Source: an uncultured virus (IMG/VR IMGVR_UViG_3300030110_003684)
Taxonomy: Duplodnaviria; Heunggongvirae; Uroviricota; Caudoviricetes
Reading direction: 5' to 3' (one strand)
Virus record (IMG/VR): IMGVR_UViG_3300030110_003684
DNA length: 64,000 nucleotides
Positions 46,688-55,975 of this stretch are shown piece after piece. Numbering within the stretch: position 1 is the first letter of the stretch; each line of letters begins with the position of its first letter. The notes below the pieces were generated by a model, which searched no databases, was not told where the DNA came from, and saw nothing but the letters and a program-made list of their open reading frames with translations. A program made the position numbers and the translations under genes.

Positions 46688-47797
46688 ATGAAAATTACCG
46701 TGGTTGGTGCCGGTAATGGTGGATGTTTTACAGCACTGTTTTTGGGATGGCATCTTAAAGATGCTGAAGTAGAATTAATATACAATCCGAATGTTAAACC
46801 AGAGAGAGTTGGTCAGGCAACTTTAATTGACCCACCTGCTTTGCTATGGGCAGCAACTAAATTTAATTGGTATGATAATCCAATACATGCCACATTTAAA
46901 AGTGGTATTTTATATGAAGGATGGGGAAAGGTAAACGATAAAGTATTTCATCCATTTCCAGCAGACAGGATGGCAATGCATTATTGTCCATGGGAAATGC
47001 AAGAACTTATTCTAAACTCTGGACACTTCACAGTAAAGTACGGTGATGTAGATCCCAAAGATATAGATGCAGATTATGTTTTTGATTGTAGAGGTAAACC
47101 TGATGATCTCTCTCAATATTATAAGTTAAGAAACCCAATCAACTCTGCAGTTCTAGGTAAACCTAATTGGGACACATCAACTAATCCATGGAGTCGTCAT
47201 GTTGCAACTCCAGATGGATGGACGTTTGTAATACCCACACACGAAGACTCTCCATCAAATGATTACTGTGTAGGATATTGCTATAACGATAATATCACAT
47301 CAGAGCAAAACGCTGAACTAAATTTTCATAAAATGTTTGATGTAGAAGTAAAAAAGAATATTCACTTTCATAACTACGTTGCAAAAGAACCAGTCACTGA
47401 TAATAGAATTTTTAAAAATGGAAACAGACTTTTCTTTCTAGAACCTCTAGAATCATCTTCTACTCAAACATATCTTGAATGGGTAAAAATATCTCTTCAA
47501 TATATTCTTGGTAAAATTGGAAATCCATCTGAGTTAATTCACAAGTATATTGCTCAAAATCAAAACTTTATTCTCTGGCATTACAAATATGGTTCAAAGT
47601 ATGATTCTAATTTCTGGGATTATGCAGGATCTTTAGTTTTTGATGATCCAGACTTTGATCAATACTTTGAATTTTCAAAAAATACAAGTTGGAATGATAT
47701 TATTCCAGATCAATATGGTGGAATGACTGAGAGTGGATTATATGCACAATGGCCTGCATATAGTTTTAAAACTTGGTATGAAGGCATGACAAGATAA
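46688..47797 (+). CDS. Flavin-dependent (tryptophan halogenase/PrnA-like) halogenase
   Basis: GxGxxG 'VVGAGNGG', 'VGQAT', 'ATFKSGILYEGW' (catalytic-Lys position), 'DYVFDCRG', 'GWTFVIP' (WxWxIP-like), 'FLEPLESS'. Confidence 0.8.
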   Translation: MKITVVGAGNGGCFTALFLGWHLKDAEVELIYNPNVKPERVGQATLIDPPALLWAATKFNWYDNPIHATFKSGILYEGWGKVNDKVFHPFPADRMAMHYCPWEMQELILNSGHFTVKYGDVDPKDIDADYVFDCRGKPDDLSQYYKLRNPINSAVLGKPNWDTSTNPWSRHVATPDGWTFVIPTHEDSPSNDYCVGYCYNDNITSEQNAELNFHKMFDVEVKKNIHFHNYVAKEPVTDNRIFKNGNRLFFLEPLESSSTQTYLEWVKISLQYILGKIGNPSELIHKYIAQNQNFILWHYKYGSKYDSNFWDYAGSLVFDDPDFDQYFEFSKNTSWNDIIPDQYGGMTESGLYAQWPAYSFKTWYEGMTR

Positions 47798-47800
47798 ATA
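47794..47800 (+). promoter_or_regulatory. T4-like late promoter
   Basis: ATAAATA overlapping the halogenase stop. Confidence 0.65.
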
Positions 47801-47816
47801 ACTAAAAACTAGCACA

Positions 47817-48029
47817 ATGGCTTATCATATTAAAACACCAAGCATTATGGGATCCAGTATCGGTGATGTTTACTATAAAGATGAAAGTACTTGGACTGAA
47901 GAATATGACGAAAGAAAAGTATTCTCGACAAAATCTGCTGCGACAGCAATTAAAAATACAACTGTGACTCGTGGTGATTATACTTACGCCCCGAAACATT
48001 TTGCGAACGCCACAGTGGTTACTGAATAA
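47817..48029 (+). CDS. Hypothetical protein
   Basis: 70-aa ORF after a late promoter, before gp3. Confidence 0.7.
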   Translation: MAYHIKTPSIMGSSIGDVYYKDESTWTEEYDERKVFSTKSAATAIKNTTVTRGDYTYAPKHFANATVVTE

Positions 48030-48031
48030 TT

Positions 48032-48619
48032 ATGCCAAGGACAAGAAAAAGAATTAAACCTGCAGAAAGATATTCTAGACAGGTTGAAAATAGAAATTTT
48101 TTATCACCAACTGGTTTTAGGTTTATCGTAAAAAGATGCCCTAAAGCAGCATTTCTTTGCAATCAAGCAAACATTCCATCCATTGATCTTGGTGTTACAG
48201 TTCAACCAAACTATTTGAGAGATGTCCCCATTCCTGGAGATAAGATAGAGTTTGGTGATCTTACAATTAGATTTTTAGTTGATGAAGATTTGACTAACTA
48301 CATGGAAATTCAAAATTGGATTCGTGGTCTTGGTTTTCCAGAATCACCAAAAGAATTTTTTGATTTAGAAAAAGAAGGTGAAGAGTATGGTATTATCCCA
48401 ACTGATACTGGTGACAATATCTACTCTGATGCTACACTACAGATACTTAGTAACAATCTCGTTCCAAAGTTTCAAGTAATGTTTAAAGATTTATTCCCAT
48501 ATTCTTTGACAACAATTACGTTTGATGCTACTGACACTGACATTGAATACTTTACAGCAGAGGCAAGTTTCAAGTATACTATGTACAACTTGACAGATAT
48601 GGAAAACAACTCTTTATGA
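48032..48619 (+). CDS. gp3: Tail completion / tube terminator gp3
   Basis: 'NRNFLSPTGFRF', 'CNQANIP.I.LG', 'PGDKIEFGDL.IRFLVDEDL.NY.EI..W', 'YSDATLQIL'. Confidence 0.9.
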   Translation: MPRTRKRIKPAERYSRQVENRNFLSPTGFRFIVKRCPKAAFLCNQANIPSIDLGVTVQPNYLRDVPIPGDKIEFGDLTIRFLVDEDLTNYMEIQNWIRGLGFPESPKEFFDLEKEGEEYGIIPTDTGDNIYSDATLQILSNNLVPKFQVMFKDLFPYSLTTITFDATDTDIEYFTAEASFKYTMYNLTDMENNSL

Positions 48620-49050
48620 TCGATCTTGATAAACTTCAAGAGATGTGGGTAAAAGATTCTAAAATTGATATGGATAATTTACATACAGAGTCTACTAACA
48701 TTCCCACTCTTCATGCGAAGTATTTTGAATTATATAATACAATCTTTCTAATGAGAAAGAAAGCAGAACAACAGAAAAAAAATATTAGACACGAACGTTA
48801 TGAATACTTCAGTGGTAAATCTGACCCTGAAGTATATGTTGAAAAACCTTTTCCTAAAAAAATTAGAGATAAAGATACTATGCAAAAATATCTTGATGCA
48901 GACGAAAAACTTTCTACAGTTTGTTTAAAGATAGATTACTATGATACGATGCTTGTGTATATTGAGAGTATCTTAAAGCAGATAACTAATAGAACTTACC
49001 AAATTAAAAATGCCATTGAGTTTATGAGGTTTAATTCAGGACTAGGATAA
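48616..49050 (+). CDS. uvsY: Recombination mediator UvsY
   Basis: 'W.KDSKID..NL..ES..IP.LHAKY', 'YLDADE', 'R.YQIKNAIEF.RF..G'. Confidence 0.92.
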   Translation: MIDLDKLQEMWVKDSKIDMDNLHTESTNIPTLHAKYFELYNTIFLMRKKAEQQKKNIRHERYEYFSGKSDPEVYVEKPFPKKIRDKDTMQKYLDADEKLSTVCLKIDYYDTMLVYIESILKQITNRTYQIKNAIEFMRFNSGLG

Positions 49051-49256
49051 TGAATGAAGAATTTGAACCAAGTCAAGAATTTGATTACACAGTTAGTTTG
49101 ACAATAGAAGATATTCGTCTCTTACATCACTGTGTTTTAAAAAGGATTGAAAATTGGGAAGGTTCTCCTGCAAGACATCCAATGGAGCAAGAACATCTTT
49201 GGTATTTAAGAGACTCTTTGTATAGAATGATATTAGAACATAAGTTTATGAATTAA
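49050..49256 (+). CDS. Hypothetical protein
   Basis: 68-aa ORF coupled on both sides (TAATG). Confidence 0.7.
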   Translation: MNEEFEPSQEFDYTVSLTIEDIRLLHHCVLKRIENWEGSPARHPMEQEHLWYLRDSLYRMILEHKFMN

Positions 49257-49759
49257 TGAATATTAAAATTATTGACAACCTTATTGATAAAAAATTTTTA
49301 GAAGATTTAGAGCGTCCTATTATATTTGAAAAACCATGGTATCTTGGATATGATTACGAATTTGAATCTAGAAGTGTATCTTTAGGTCAGATAATGATGA
49401 GAGATGAATTTAGATATGTAGAATTTTATCTTTTAAAAAAACTTGAGGAACAAAAAATTGATACTAGTAGAATTACAAGATGCTACTATAATTGTTTTAG
49501 AAAATGTGATACCCCAAGATATCACACAGATCCTGGTGGACGTACATATATGTTTTATTTAAATAAAGAATGGAATAAATTGTGGGGAGCACCAACAAAG
49601 TTTAAAAAGAAAAAATATTATATTCCTAAATTAATTTTTCCAAAACCAGGAAGATTAGTAATTTTTGATGCTAACCTTTTACATAAAGGAACTGCTCCCA
49701 ATATATTCATGCCAGATGAACATCCAGGAAGATTGAGTATTGCTTTTCATGAAACATAA
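49256..49759 (+). CDS. 2OG-Fe(II) oxygenase superfamily protein
   Basis: HxD 'YHTD', 'FYLNKEW..WG..TKF', 'PKPGRLVIFD..LLH', 'RLSIAF'. Confidence 0.85.
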   Translation: MNIKIIDNLIDKKFLEDLERPIIFEKPWYLGYDYEFESRSVSLGQIMMRDEFRYVEFYLLKKLEEQKIDTSRITRCYYNCFRKCDTPRYHTDPGGRTYMFYLNKEWNKLWGAPTKFKKKKYYIPKLIFPKPGRLVIFDANLLHKGTAPNIFMPDEHPGRLSIAFHET

Positions 49760-49765
49760 TAAATA
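49759..49765 (+). promoter_or_regulatory. T4-like late promoter
   Basis: ATAAATA upstream of uvsW. Confidence 0.65.
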
Positions 49766-49786
49766 TTTGTAGATGAATGGGTCTAT

Positions 49787-51262
49787 GTGATTGATACGAC
49801 TGCTAATCTTGTTATATCTAAATCAAACGAAGTATTTTTAAAAATTAATACTGAACCTCATATAGAATATGAACTTAGAGATCACTTTAAGTTCGAGGTC
49901 CCTAATGCAAAATTTATGCCACAGTATCGTGGAAAAAATTGGAATGGAGAGATTCATCTTTACGATATGCGGTCTAAGCAGATCTATGTTGGTCTGTTAG
50001 ATAAGATTGTTCAGTTCTGCGATAACTACGGATATAGTTATAAGTTTGAAGATAATAAATTTTATGGAACTCCGTATGAAGAGAATGATCATATCTCAAT
50101 GGAGGGTGTCAAAGATTATATGAATTCTATTTGCTCTCATACTCCTAGGAAATATCAAATTGAGGGAGTATACGGAGCTCTAAAGCACAATAGAAAGCTA
50201 TTGATAAGCCCCACTGCTTCTGGCAAATCATTGATGATTTATTCTCTAGTGAGATATTATGCAGACCGAGGAGAAAAAATCCTTTTAGTTGTTCCAACGA
50301 CATCTCTTGTAGAGCAGATGTACAAGGATTTTCTTGATTATGGTTTGGATGTTGAGTCATATTGTCACCGTATCTATTCTGGTAGAGAAAAAAGTAATGA
50401 AGCACCAGTAACAATCACAACCTGGCAATCTGTTTATAAACTAGAGAGATCTTTCTTTGAAGACTATGGTGTTATTATAGGTGATGAAGCACATTTATTC
50501 AAGTCTAAGTCTCTCATCAACATCATGACTAAACTTCATCATGCTAAGTATAGATTTGGATTTACTGGAACTTTAGACGGCACACAGACGCATAAGTGGG
50601 TGTTAGAGGGTCTCTTTGGTCCATCATATAAGGTGACAAGAACTGATGAATTGATGAGACAGGGACACTTATCACAACTTGATATTCAGTGTCTTGTTTT
50701 AAAACATCCACCAAAGACATTTGATGTTTATGAAGATGAGATACAGTATTTAATAGGGCATGAAAAACGTAATCGTTTCATTCGTAATCTAACACTTGAT
50801 CTTAAAGGTAATTCACTTGTGCTTTTTGCAAGAGTCGAAGCACATGGTGCCATACTCTATGAGGAGATAAATAAACACAAGCGAGGTGACCGTAAGGTAT
50901 TTTTTATACATGGTGGTGTAGATGCTGAAGAAAGAGAGATAGTTAGAGAAATTACAGAAAGAGAACACAACGCTATTATCGTTGCATCCTATGGAACTTT
51001 TTCTACTGGTATCAACATTAAAAACCTCCATAACGTTATCTTTGCCTCTCCAAGTAAGTCCAGAATCCGCAATCTTCAAAGTATTGGACGAGTTCTTAGA
51101 AAAGGAAAAGATAAAGTAAAAGCAACTCTGTATGATATTGCAGATGATTGTTCAACCAAATCTAGAAAAAACTACACACTTAATCATTTTATAGAAAGAA
51201 TTAAAACATATAATGAAGAAAATTTTAACTATGAGATAATCACTATCGAGTTAAAGGTATGA
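49787..51262 (+). CDS. uvsW: RNA-DNA/DNA helicase UvsW
   Basis: 'SPTASGKS', 'DEAH', 'GFTGT', 'ASYGTFSTGINIKNLH', 'QSIGRVLR'. Confidence 0.96.
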   Translation: MIDTTANLVISKSNEVFLKINTEPHIEYELRDHFKFEVPNAKFMPQYRGKNWNGEIHLYDMRSKQIYVGLLDKIVQFCDNYGYSYKFEDNKFYGTPYEENDHISMEGVKDYMNSICSHTPRKYQIEGVYGALKHNRKLLISPTASGKSLMIYSLVRYYADRGEKILLVVPTTSLVEQMYKDFLDYGLDVESYCHRIYSGREKSNEAPVTITTWQSVYKLERSFFEDYGVIIGDEAHLFKSKSLINIMTKLHHAKYRFGFTGTLDGTQTHKWVLEGLFGPSYKVTRTDELMRQGHLSQLDIQCLVLKHPPKTFDVYEDEIQYLIGHEKRNRFIRNLTLDLKGNSLVLFARVEAHGAILYEEINKHKRGDRKVFFIHGGVDAEEREIVREITEREHNAIIVASYGTFSTGINIKNLHNVIFASPSKSRIRNLQSIGRVLRKGKDKVKATLYDIADDCSTKSRKNYTLNHFIERIKTYNEENFNYEIITIELKV

Positions 51263-51651
51263 TAGAAGACGATTTTTATGCAACACTAAAATTAAAAACT
51301 GGTGAAGAAATCTTTGCCAAGATAGCTGCTACTGAAGAAGAAGATAGAACTATGCTTCTTGTTTCTAATCCAGTTGTCGTTAACGAAATTAAAAGTAGAT
51401 CTGGTGTTGTTGGTTACAAAGTAGAACCATGGCTAAAGACGACTACAGAAGATATGTTTATTTTGAATATTGCTGATATTCTTACAATGAGCGAATCATC
51501 TGATATAGAAATGATCATGATGTATCAAGACTATGTTAGATCATCCAACAGTGATGATGACAATAGCAAACAAATAAACAGACGCATGGGACGCATTGGT
51601 AATATCAATGATGCAAAAGAGATCTTAGAGAAGTTATTTAAAAAGAACTAA
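51259..51651 (+). CDS. Conserved hypothetical protein (Sm-like N-terminus)
   Basis: 130 aa; 'LKLKTGEEIFAK...LLVSNP' pattern; usual position between uvsW and gp55. Confidence 0.7.
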   Translation: MIEDDFYATLKLKTGEEIFAKIAATEEEDRTMLLVSNPVVVNEIKSRSGVVGYKVEPWLKTTTEDMFILNIADILTMSESSDIEMIMMYQDYVRSSNSDDDNSKQINRRMGRIGNINDAKEILEKLFKKN

Positions 51652-51679
51652 AGCTATCCCTATCAACCTCCACAAAGGT

Positions 51680-51708
51680 ATTCTACTTTAATTACAGAAC
51701 TTGTCAAG
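51680..51708 (-). promoter_or_regulatory. Antisense sigma70-type promoter
   Basis: Minus strand reads TTGACA(51708-51703)-N17-TAGAAT(51685-51680). Confidence 0.6.
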
Positions 51709-51729
51709 TCTTTAGTAAGATGATATAAT
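51701..51729 (+). promoter_or_regulatory. sigma70-type promoter for gp55
   Basis: TTGTCA(51701-51706)-N17-TATAAT(51724-51729), with TG extension. Confidence 0.75.
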
Positions 51730-51753
51730 CTATACATATTATGAGATAAACTT

Positions 51754-52245
51754 ATGATAAGACCAATGGCAAAGAGAAAGAGGTCGGAACATTATGTTAA
51801 TAATAAAGAGTTCCTGGCAGCACTTATCAAGTATCGTGAAGACAAAGAAATTGCAGTAATCAAGGAACTTCCCAAACCTCCTATTCCAAGGTACATTGGT
51901 GAGTGCTTTTTAAAGATTGCTACACACCTTTCATTTAAACCAAACTTCGTCAACTACATGTTTAAAGAGGACATGGTTTCAGACGGAATTGAGAACTGCG
52001 TTCAGTATATACATAACTTTAACCCAGAGAAATCCCAGAATCCCTTTGCGTATTTCACTCAGATTATTCATTACGCTTTTCTGCGTCGTATTCAGCGAGA
52101 GAAAAGACAGTTAGAAATCAAGAACAAGATCATCGAACGGTCTGGTTACAGTGAGGTGTTCGACGACAACAACACCCTTGACGGATCGAACTACAGTGAC
52201 TATAATAGTATTAAAGATGCAGTGCATTCTAAACTACGTTATTGA
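51754..52245 (+). CDS. gp55: Late-transcription sigma factor gp55
   Basis: 'HYVNNKEFL.AL', 'YIGECFLKIA.HLS.KPNF.NY', 'NPFAYFTQIIHYAFLRRIQ.EK.Q'. Confidence 0.96.
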   Translation: MIRPMAKRKRSEHYVNNKEFLAALIKYREDKEIAVIKELPKPPIPRYIGECFLKIATHLSFKPNFVNYMFKEDMVSDGIENCVQYIHNFNPEKSQNPFAYFTQIIHYAFLRRIQREKRQLEIKNKIIERSGYSEVFDDNNTLDGSNYSDYNSIKDAVHSKLRY

Positions 52246-53291
52246 TGAAAATTGCAATAATCACGGACCAACACTTTGGTGCTCGTAAAAACTCCAAATT
52301 GTTTCACGATTATTTTCTAAAGTTCTACGATGAAGTATTCTTTCCTACTCTAGAGAAAGAAGGTATCACTACGATTGTTGATATGGGTGATACTTTCGAT
52401 AATAGAACTGGTATTAATTTTGCTGCTCTTGCATGGGCAAAGGATAACTACTACGATAGACTCCAAAAGATGGGAGTCAAAGTTCATACCATCGTTGGTA
52501 ATCATACAGCATATTATAAAAACACTAACACAATTAATGCAGTCGATCTTCTTCTGCGTGAGTATGATAATGTCGAAGTTTATTCTGCACCAGAAGAAGT
52601 AAAGTTAGACAAACTTAAAGTTCTTTTTATACCATGGATTAATCAAGAAAATGAAGCAGATACTTTTAAGATTATTGAAAAGACAACTTGCAAGTGCGCG
52701 ATGGGGCACCTTGAGCTCCAAGGATTTAGAGTTAATCGACAGATCGTCATGGAGCATGGTATGGAGTGCTCACTATTTGAGAAGTTCAGTCATGTCTTCT
52801 CCGGTCACTATCACACTAGATCAACAGATGGTAAAATCTCATACCTAGGAAATCCATATGAGATGTTCTGGAGTGATGTGAATGATGCTCGCGGATTTCA
52901 TATCTTTGACACAGAAACTTTAGAAAGAACACCAATCAACAATCCCCATAGAATGTTTTATAACATTTACTATGAGGACACGCCACATCAAACGTTTGAT
53001 ACTAGAGAGTATGAAAACAAAATTGTAAAGGTTGTTGTTCGTAAAAAGACTGATACTAAAAACTTTGAGAAGTTTGTAGATAAACTTTACTCATCAGGTA
53101 TTGCTGAACTGAAGGTTGTTGAAAACTTTGACTTTAGTGGATGGTATGATAAGGAAATTGACTTGGTTGAATCTGAGGACACAATGTCAATCCTGAATAG
53201 ATATATTGAAGAAGCAGAGGTTCCTCTTGATAAATCTTTGATTCAAAAAATTATGAACGAAGTGTATCAGGAAGCATGTGAGTTGGTGTAA
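52245..53291 (+). CDS. gp47: Recombination endonuclease subunit gp47 (Mre11/SbcD-like)
   Basis: 'AIITDQHFG', 'MGDTFD', 'VGNH', 'GHLE', 'SGHYH'. Confidence 0.95.
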   Translation: MKIAIITDQHFGARKNSKLFHDYFLKFYDEVFFPTLEKEGITTIVDMGDTFDNRTGINFAALAWAKDNYYDRLQKMGVKVHTIVGNHTAYYKNTNTINAVDLLLREYDNVEVYSAPEEVKLDKLKVLFIPWINQENEADTFKIIEKTTCKCAMGHLELQGFRVNRQIVMEHGMECSLFEKFSHVFSGHYHTRSTDGKISYLGNPYEMFWSDVNDARGFHIFDTETLERTPINNPHRMFYNIYYEDTPHQTFDTREYENKIVKVVVRKKTDTKNFEKFVDKLYSSGIAELKVVENFDFSGWYDKEIDLVESEDTMSILNRYIEEAEVPLDKSLIQKIMNEVYQEACELV

Positions 53292-53563
53292 TGTATATCT
53301 TAACGATCTATGGTAAAGAAACAGACGGAGCGTATTCTGTAAAAGATGATGAGGGAGATCAAATATTATATTTGTTTGAAGAAGAAGACGACGCGACAAG
53401 ATATGCTATGATGCTTGAAGATGATGGTAGTCCAGATATGCATATCATCGAAGTAGAAGATGAGATAATGATCAAAACTTGTGAAATGCATGACTATAAG
53501 TATGCAGTGATCACAAAGAACGACCTTGTAATTCCTCCAGACGCTAGTCATGATTTTGTTTGA
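53291..53563 (+). CDS. DUF3110-like protein
   Basis: 'LFEEEDDATRYAMMLE' and C-terminal 'LVIPP' recall the cyanobacterial DUF3110 family (from memory, not searched). Confidence 0.6.
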   Translation: MYILTIYGKETDGAYSVKDDEGDQILYLFEEEDDATRYAMMLEDDGSPDMHIIEVEDEIMIKTCEMHDYKYAVITKNDLVIPPDASHDFV

Positions 53564-55262
53564 AAAGATTCGTTGGAAAAACTTTTTATCAACGGGCAAT
53601 CAATTTACTGAATTTTCACTTAATGAAAACTCTACCAATTTGATTATTGGTACAAATGGTGCAGGTAAGTCAACTGTGTTGGATGCCTTGACGTTTTCTT
53701 TGTTTGGTAAACCTTTCCGTAAGATTAATAAACCACAACTCATCAACTCTGTGAATGAGAAGGATTGTAAGGTAGAGGTTGAATTTACGATTGGTGATAC
53801 GAACTGGAAAGTGGTTCGCGGAATTAAACCTGCTTTGTTTGAGATCTATAGGAACGGTTCTGTAATGGACCAGTTTGCTGCTGCTTTAGATCAACAAAAA
53901 TGGTTAGAACAGAGTGTCTTGAAGATGAACTACAAGTCATTTACCCAGATTGTAATTTTGGGTAGTAGCACCTTTGTTCCTTTTATGCAACTTCCTGCAA
54001 ACAGCAGAAGAGAAGTAATTGAAGATTTGTTAGACATCAAAATCTTTTCTTCCATGAATGGTATTCTTAGGGATAAAATTCGTATAGTGAAAGAAGATAT
54101 TAAAGTTCTTTGTTTGAAGAAAGAGTCTTTAACTGACAAAGTTCAAATGCAAGAAAACTTTATTGAGGAGTTGGAGAATCAAGCAGCACAAAATATCGAA
54201 AGTAAAAAGAAGAAAGTAACTGAACTTCTTACTGAAACCGATTTGTACATAAAACAAAATGCTGTAACAGAAGAAAACATTTTTAGTCATACTAAAGATC
54301 AAGAATATGTCACGGGTGCTACAGATAAACTTCGTAAACTTGGTAACTTAAAAGGAAAGATTTCACAAAAAGTATCTACTATTACTAAAGATCATAAGTT
54401 CTTCACTGAAAATACAGTTTGCCCTACTTGCAATCAAGAGATTGAAGAGACTCTTAGAATAAATAGAATTAATGACGCTCAAACTAAAGCAAAGGAGTTG
54501 CAATCTGGTTATAAAGAACTGGAAGAGGCAATTAAAGGGGAAGAAGAGCGAGAGCGTCAATTCACTACTCTATCAAAGGAGATCTCAAAACTCAATAATG
54601 ATATTTCTCAGAACAATGCTAGGATTTCTGGATGCCAAAGACAAATCAGAGATCTGGAATCGGAAGTTCAAAACCTTACCGATCAACTTGCAAACAGAAA
54701 TACTGAACATGAAAAGTTAGAGACCTTCAAGGATAATCTAAAAACTACATACGACGAGTTATCTTCAAAGAAAGATACGATTAGCTATTACGATTTTTCG
54801 TATAGTCTACTTAAAGATGGCGGAGTAAAATCCAAAATCATTAAGAAGTATCTTCCTCTGATTAATCAGCAGGTGAACCGTTATCTACAGATGATGGACT
54901 TCTATATTAACTTCACACTTGATGAGGAGTTTAACGAAACCGTTCAGTCTCCAATACATGAAGATTTTTCTTATGCTTCTTTCAGCGAGGGGGAGAAGAT
55001 GAGAATCGACCTATCACTCTTGTTTACCTGGAGAGAGGTGGCAAGGATGAAAAATTCTGTTAATACGAATCTACTCATTATGGATGAAGTGTTTGATAGT
55101 TCTCTTGATGGGTTTGGAACAGAAGAGTTCCTCAAGATTATTAAATACGTTGTGAAAGATGCAAACATCTTTATTATCTCTCACAAGACTGGTCTGGAAG
55201 ATCGATTTGATAATGTGATGAGATTTGAAAAAGTTAAAGGATTCAGTAGGATGGTATCATGA
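53550..55262 (+). CDS. gp46: Recombination endonuclease subunit gp46 (Rad50/SbcC-like)
   Basis: 'GTNGAGKS', zinc hook 'CPTC', signature 'FSEGEK', 'LIMDEVFDSSLD', 'IISH'. Confidence 0.96.
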   Translation: MILFEKIRWKNFLSTGNQFTEFSLNENSTNLIIGTNGAGKSTVLDALTFSLFGKPFRKINKPQLINSVNEKDCKVEVEFTIGDTNWKVVRGIKPALFEIYRNGSVMDQFAAALDQQKWLEQSVLKMNYKSFTQIVILGSSTFVPFMQLPANSRREVIEDLLDIKIFSSMNGILRDKIRIVKEDIKVLCLKKESLTDKVQMQENFIEELENQAAQNIESKKKKVTELLTETDLYIKQNAVTEENIFSHTKDQEYVTGATDKLRKLGNLKGKISQKVSTITKDHKFFTENTVCPTCNQEIEETLRINRINDAQTKAKELQSGYKELEEAIKGEEERERQFTTLSKEISKLNNDISQNNARISGCQRQIRDLESEVQNLTDQLANRNTEHEKLETFKDNLKTTYDELSSKKDTISYYDFSYSLLKDGGVKSKIIKKYLPLINQQVNRYLQMMDFYINFTLDEEFNETVQSPIHEDFSYASFSEGEKMRIDLSLLFTWREVARMKNSVNTNLLIMDEVFDSSLDGFGTEEFLKIIKYVVKDANIFIISHKTGLEDRFDNVMRFEKVKGFSRMVS

Positions 55263-55975
55263 AAGTTTTAGTTACAGGTCATAATGGTTTTATTGGTCGT
55301 AATGTTTTTCTAGATTGGCAACAGACTTTAGGTTATGTGAATGTTGATGGCATTGACTATCCAGATGATATTGGAGACTTCTCTGGTGGTGATTATGATC
55401 TCGTCATTCACCTTGCAGCATACGCTGATATTAGAGAGAGTTTAAAGGAACCAAAACTTTATTATGAAAATAATGTCGTTAAAGCAAAGAAGTTGTTTGA
55501 GTGGTGTAGAAAGACAAACACAAGACTTCTATATGCCTCTTCAAGCGCAGTAGAAGAAGATTACTGGGAGAATCCATATGCTATGACTAAATGGATTAAT
55601 GAAGTCATGGCTCCTCCAAATTCAGTTGGTATGAGGTTTACAACAGTCTATGGTCCTAACAGTCGTCCTAATATGATGTATAGGATGCTTGAAGATAAGA
55701 CTGCAAAATATGTCACGAACCATAAACGCGATTGGATTCATGTTAAAGATGTATGCCGTGCCATTCATTACCTGGCATCATCTAGTATCACTGGTCCTGT
55801 GACAATTGGAACAGGTAAGTCTGTGTCTGTCAAGAAACTTGCAAAGGTAATGGATATGGGTCACCTACCTCTTGTAGAGGATACTCCTGGTGAAAGAATG
55901 GACAATCAAGCAGATATTTCAAGACTTAAGAGTATTGGATGGTTTCCTACTATAGATATTTTTGATACTGTCTAA
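55259..55975 (+). CDS. NAD-dependent nucleotide-sugar epimerase/dehydratase
   Basis: 'VLVTGHNGFIG', 'VIHLAA', 'YASSSAV', YxxxK 'YAMTK', 'RFTTVYG', 'RDWIHVKD'. Confidence 0.9.
   Translation: MKVLVTGHNGFIGRNVFLDWQQTLGYVNVDGIDYPDDIGDFSGGDYDLVIHLAAYADIRESLKEPKLYYENNVVKAKKLFEWCRKTNTRLLYASSSAVEEDYWENPYAMTKWINEVMAPPNSVGMRFTTVYGPNSRPNMMYRMLEDKTAKYVTNHKRDWIHVKDVCRAIHYLASSSITGPVTIGTGKSVSVKKLAKVMDMGHLPLVEDTPGERMDNQADISRLKSIGWFPTIDIFDTV

Noticed and set aside
44064..46691. Dense overlapping alternative-frame and antisense ORFs across gp22/gp23
   Set aside because: Expected from higher GC and strong codon bias reducing off-frame stops
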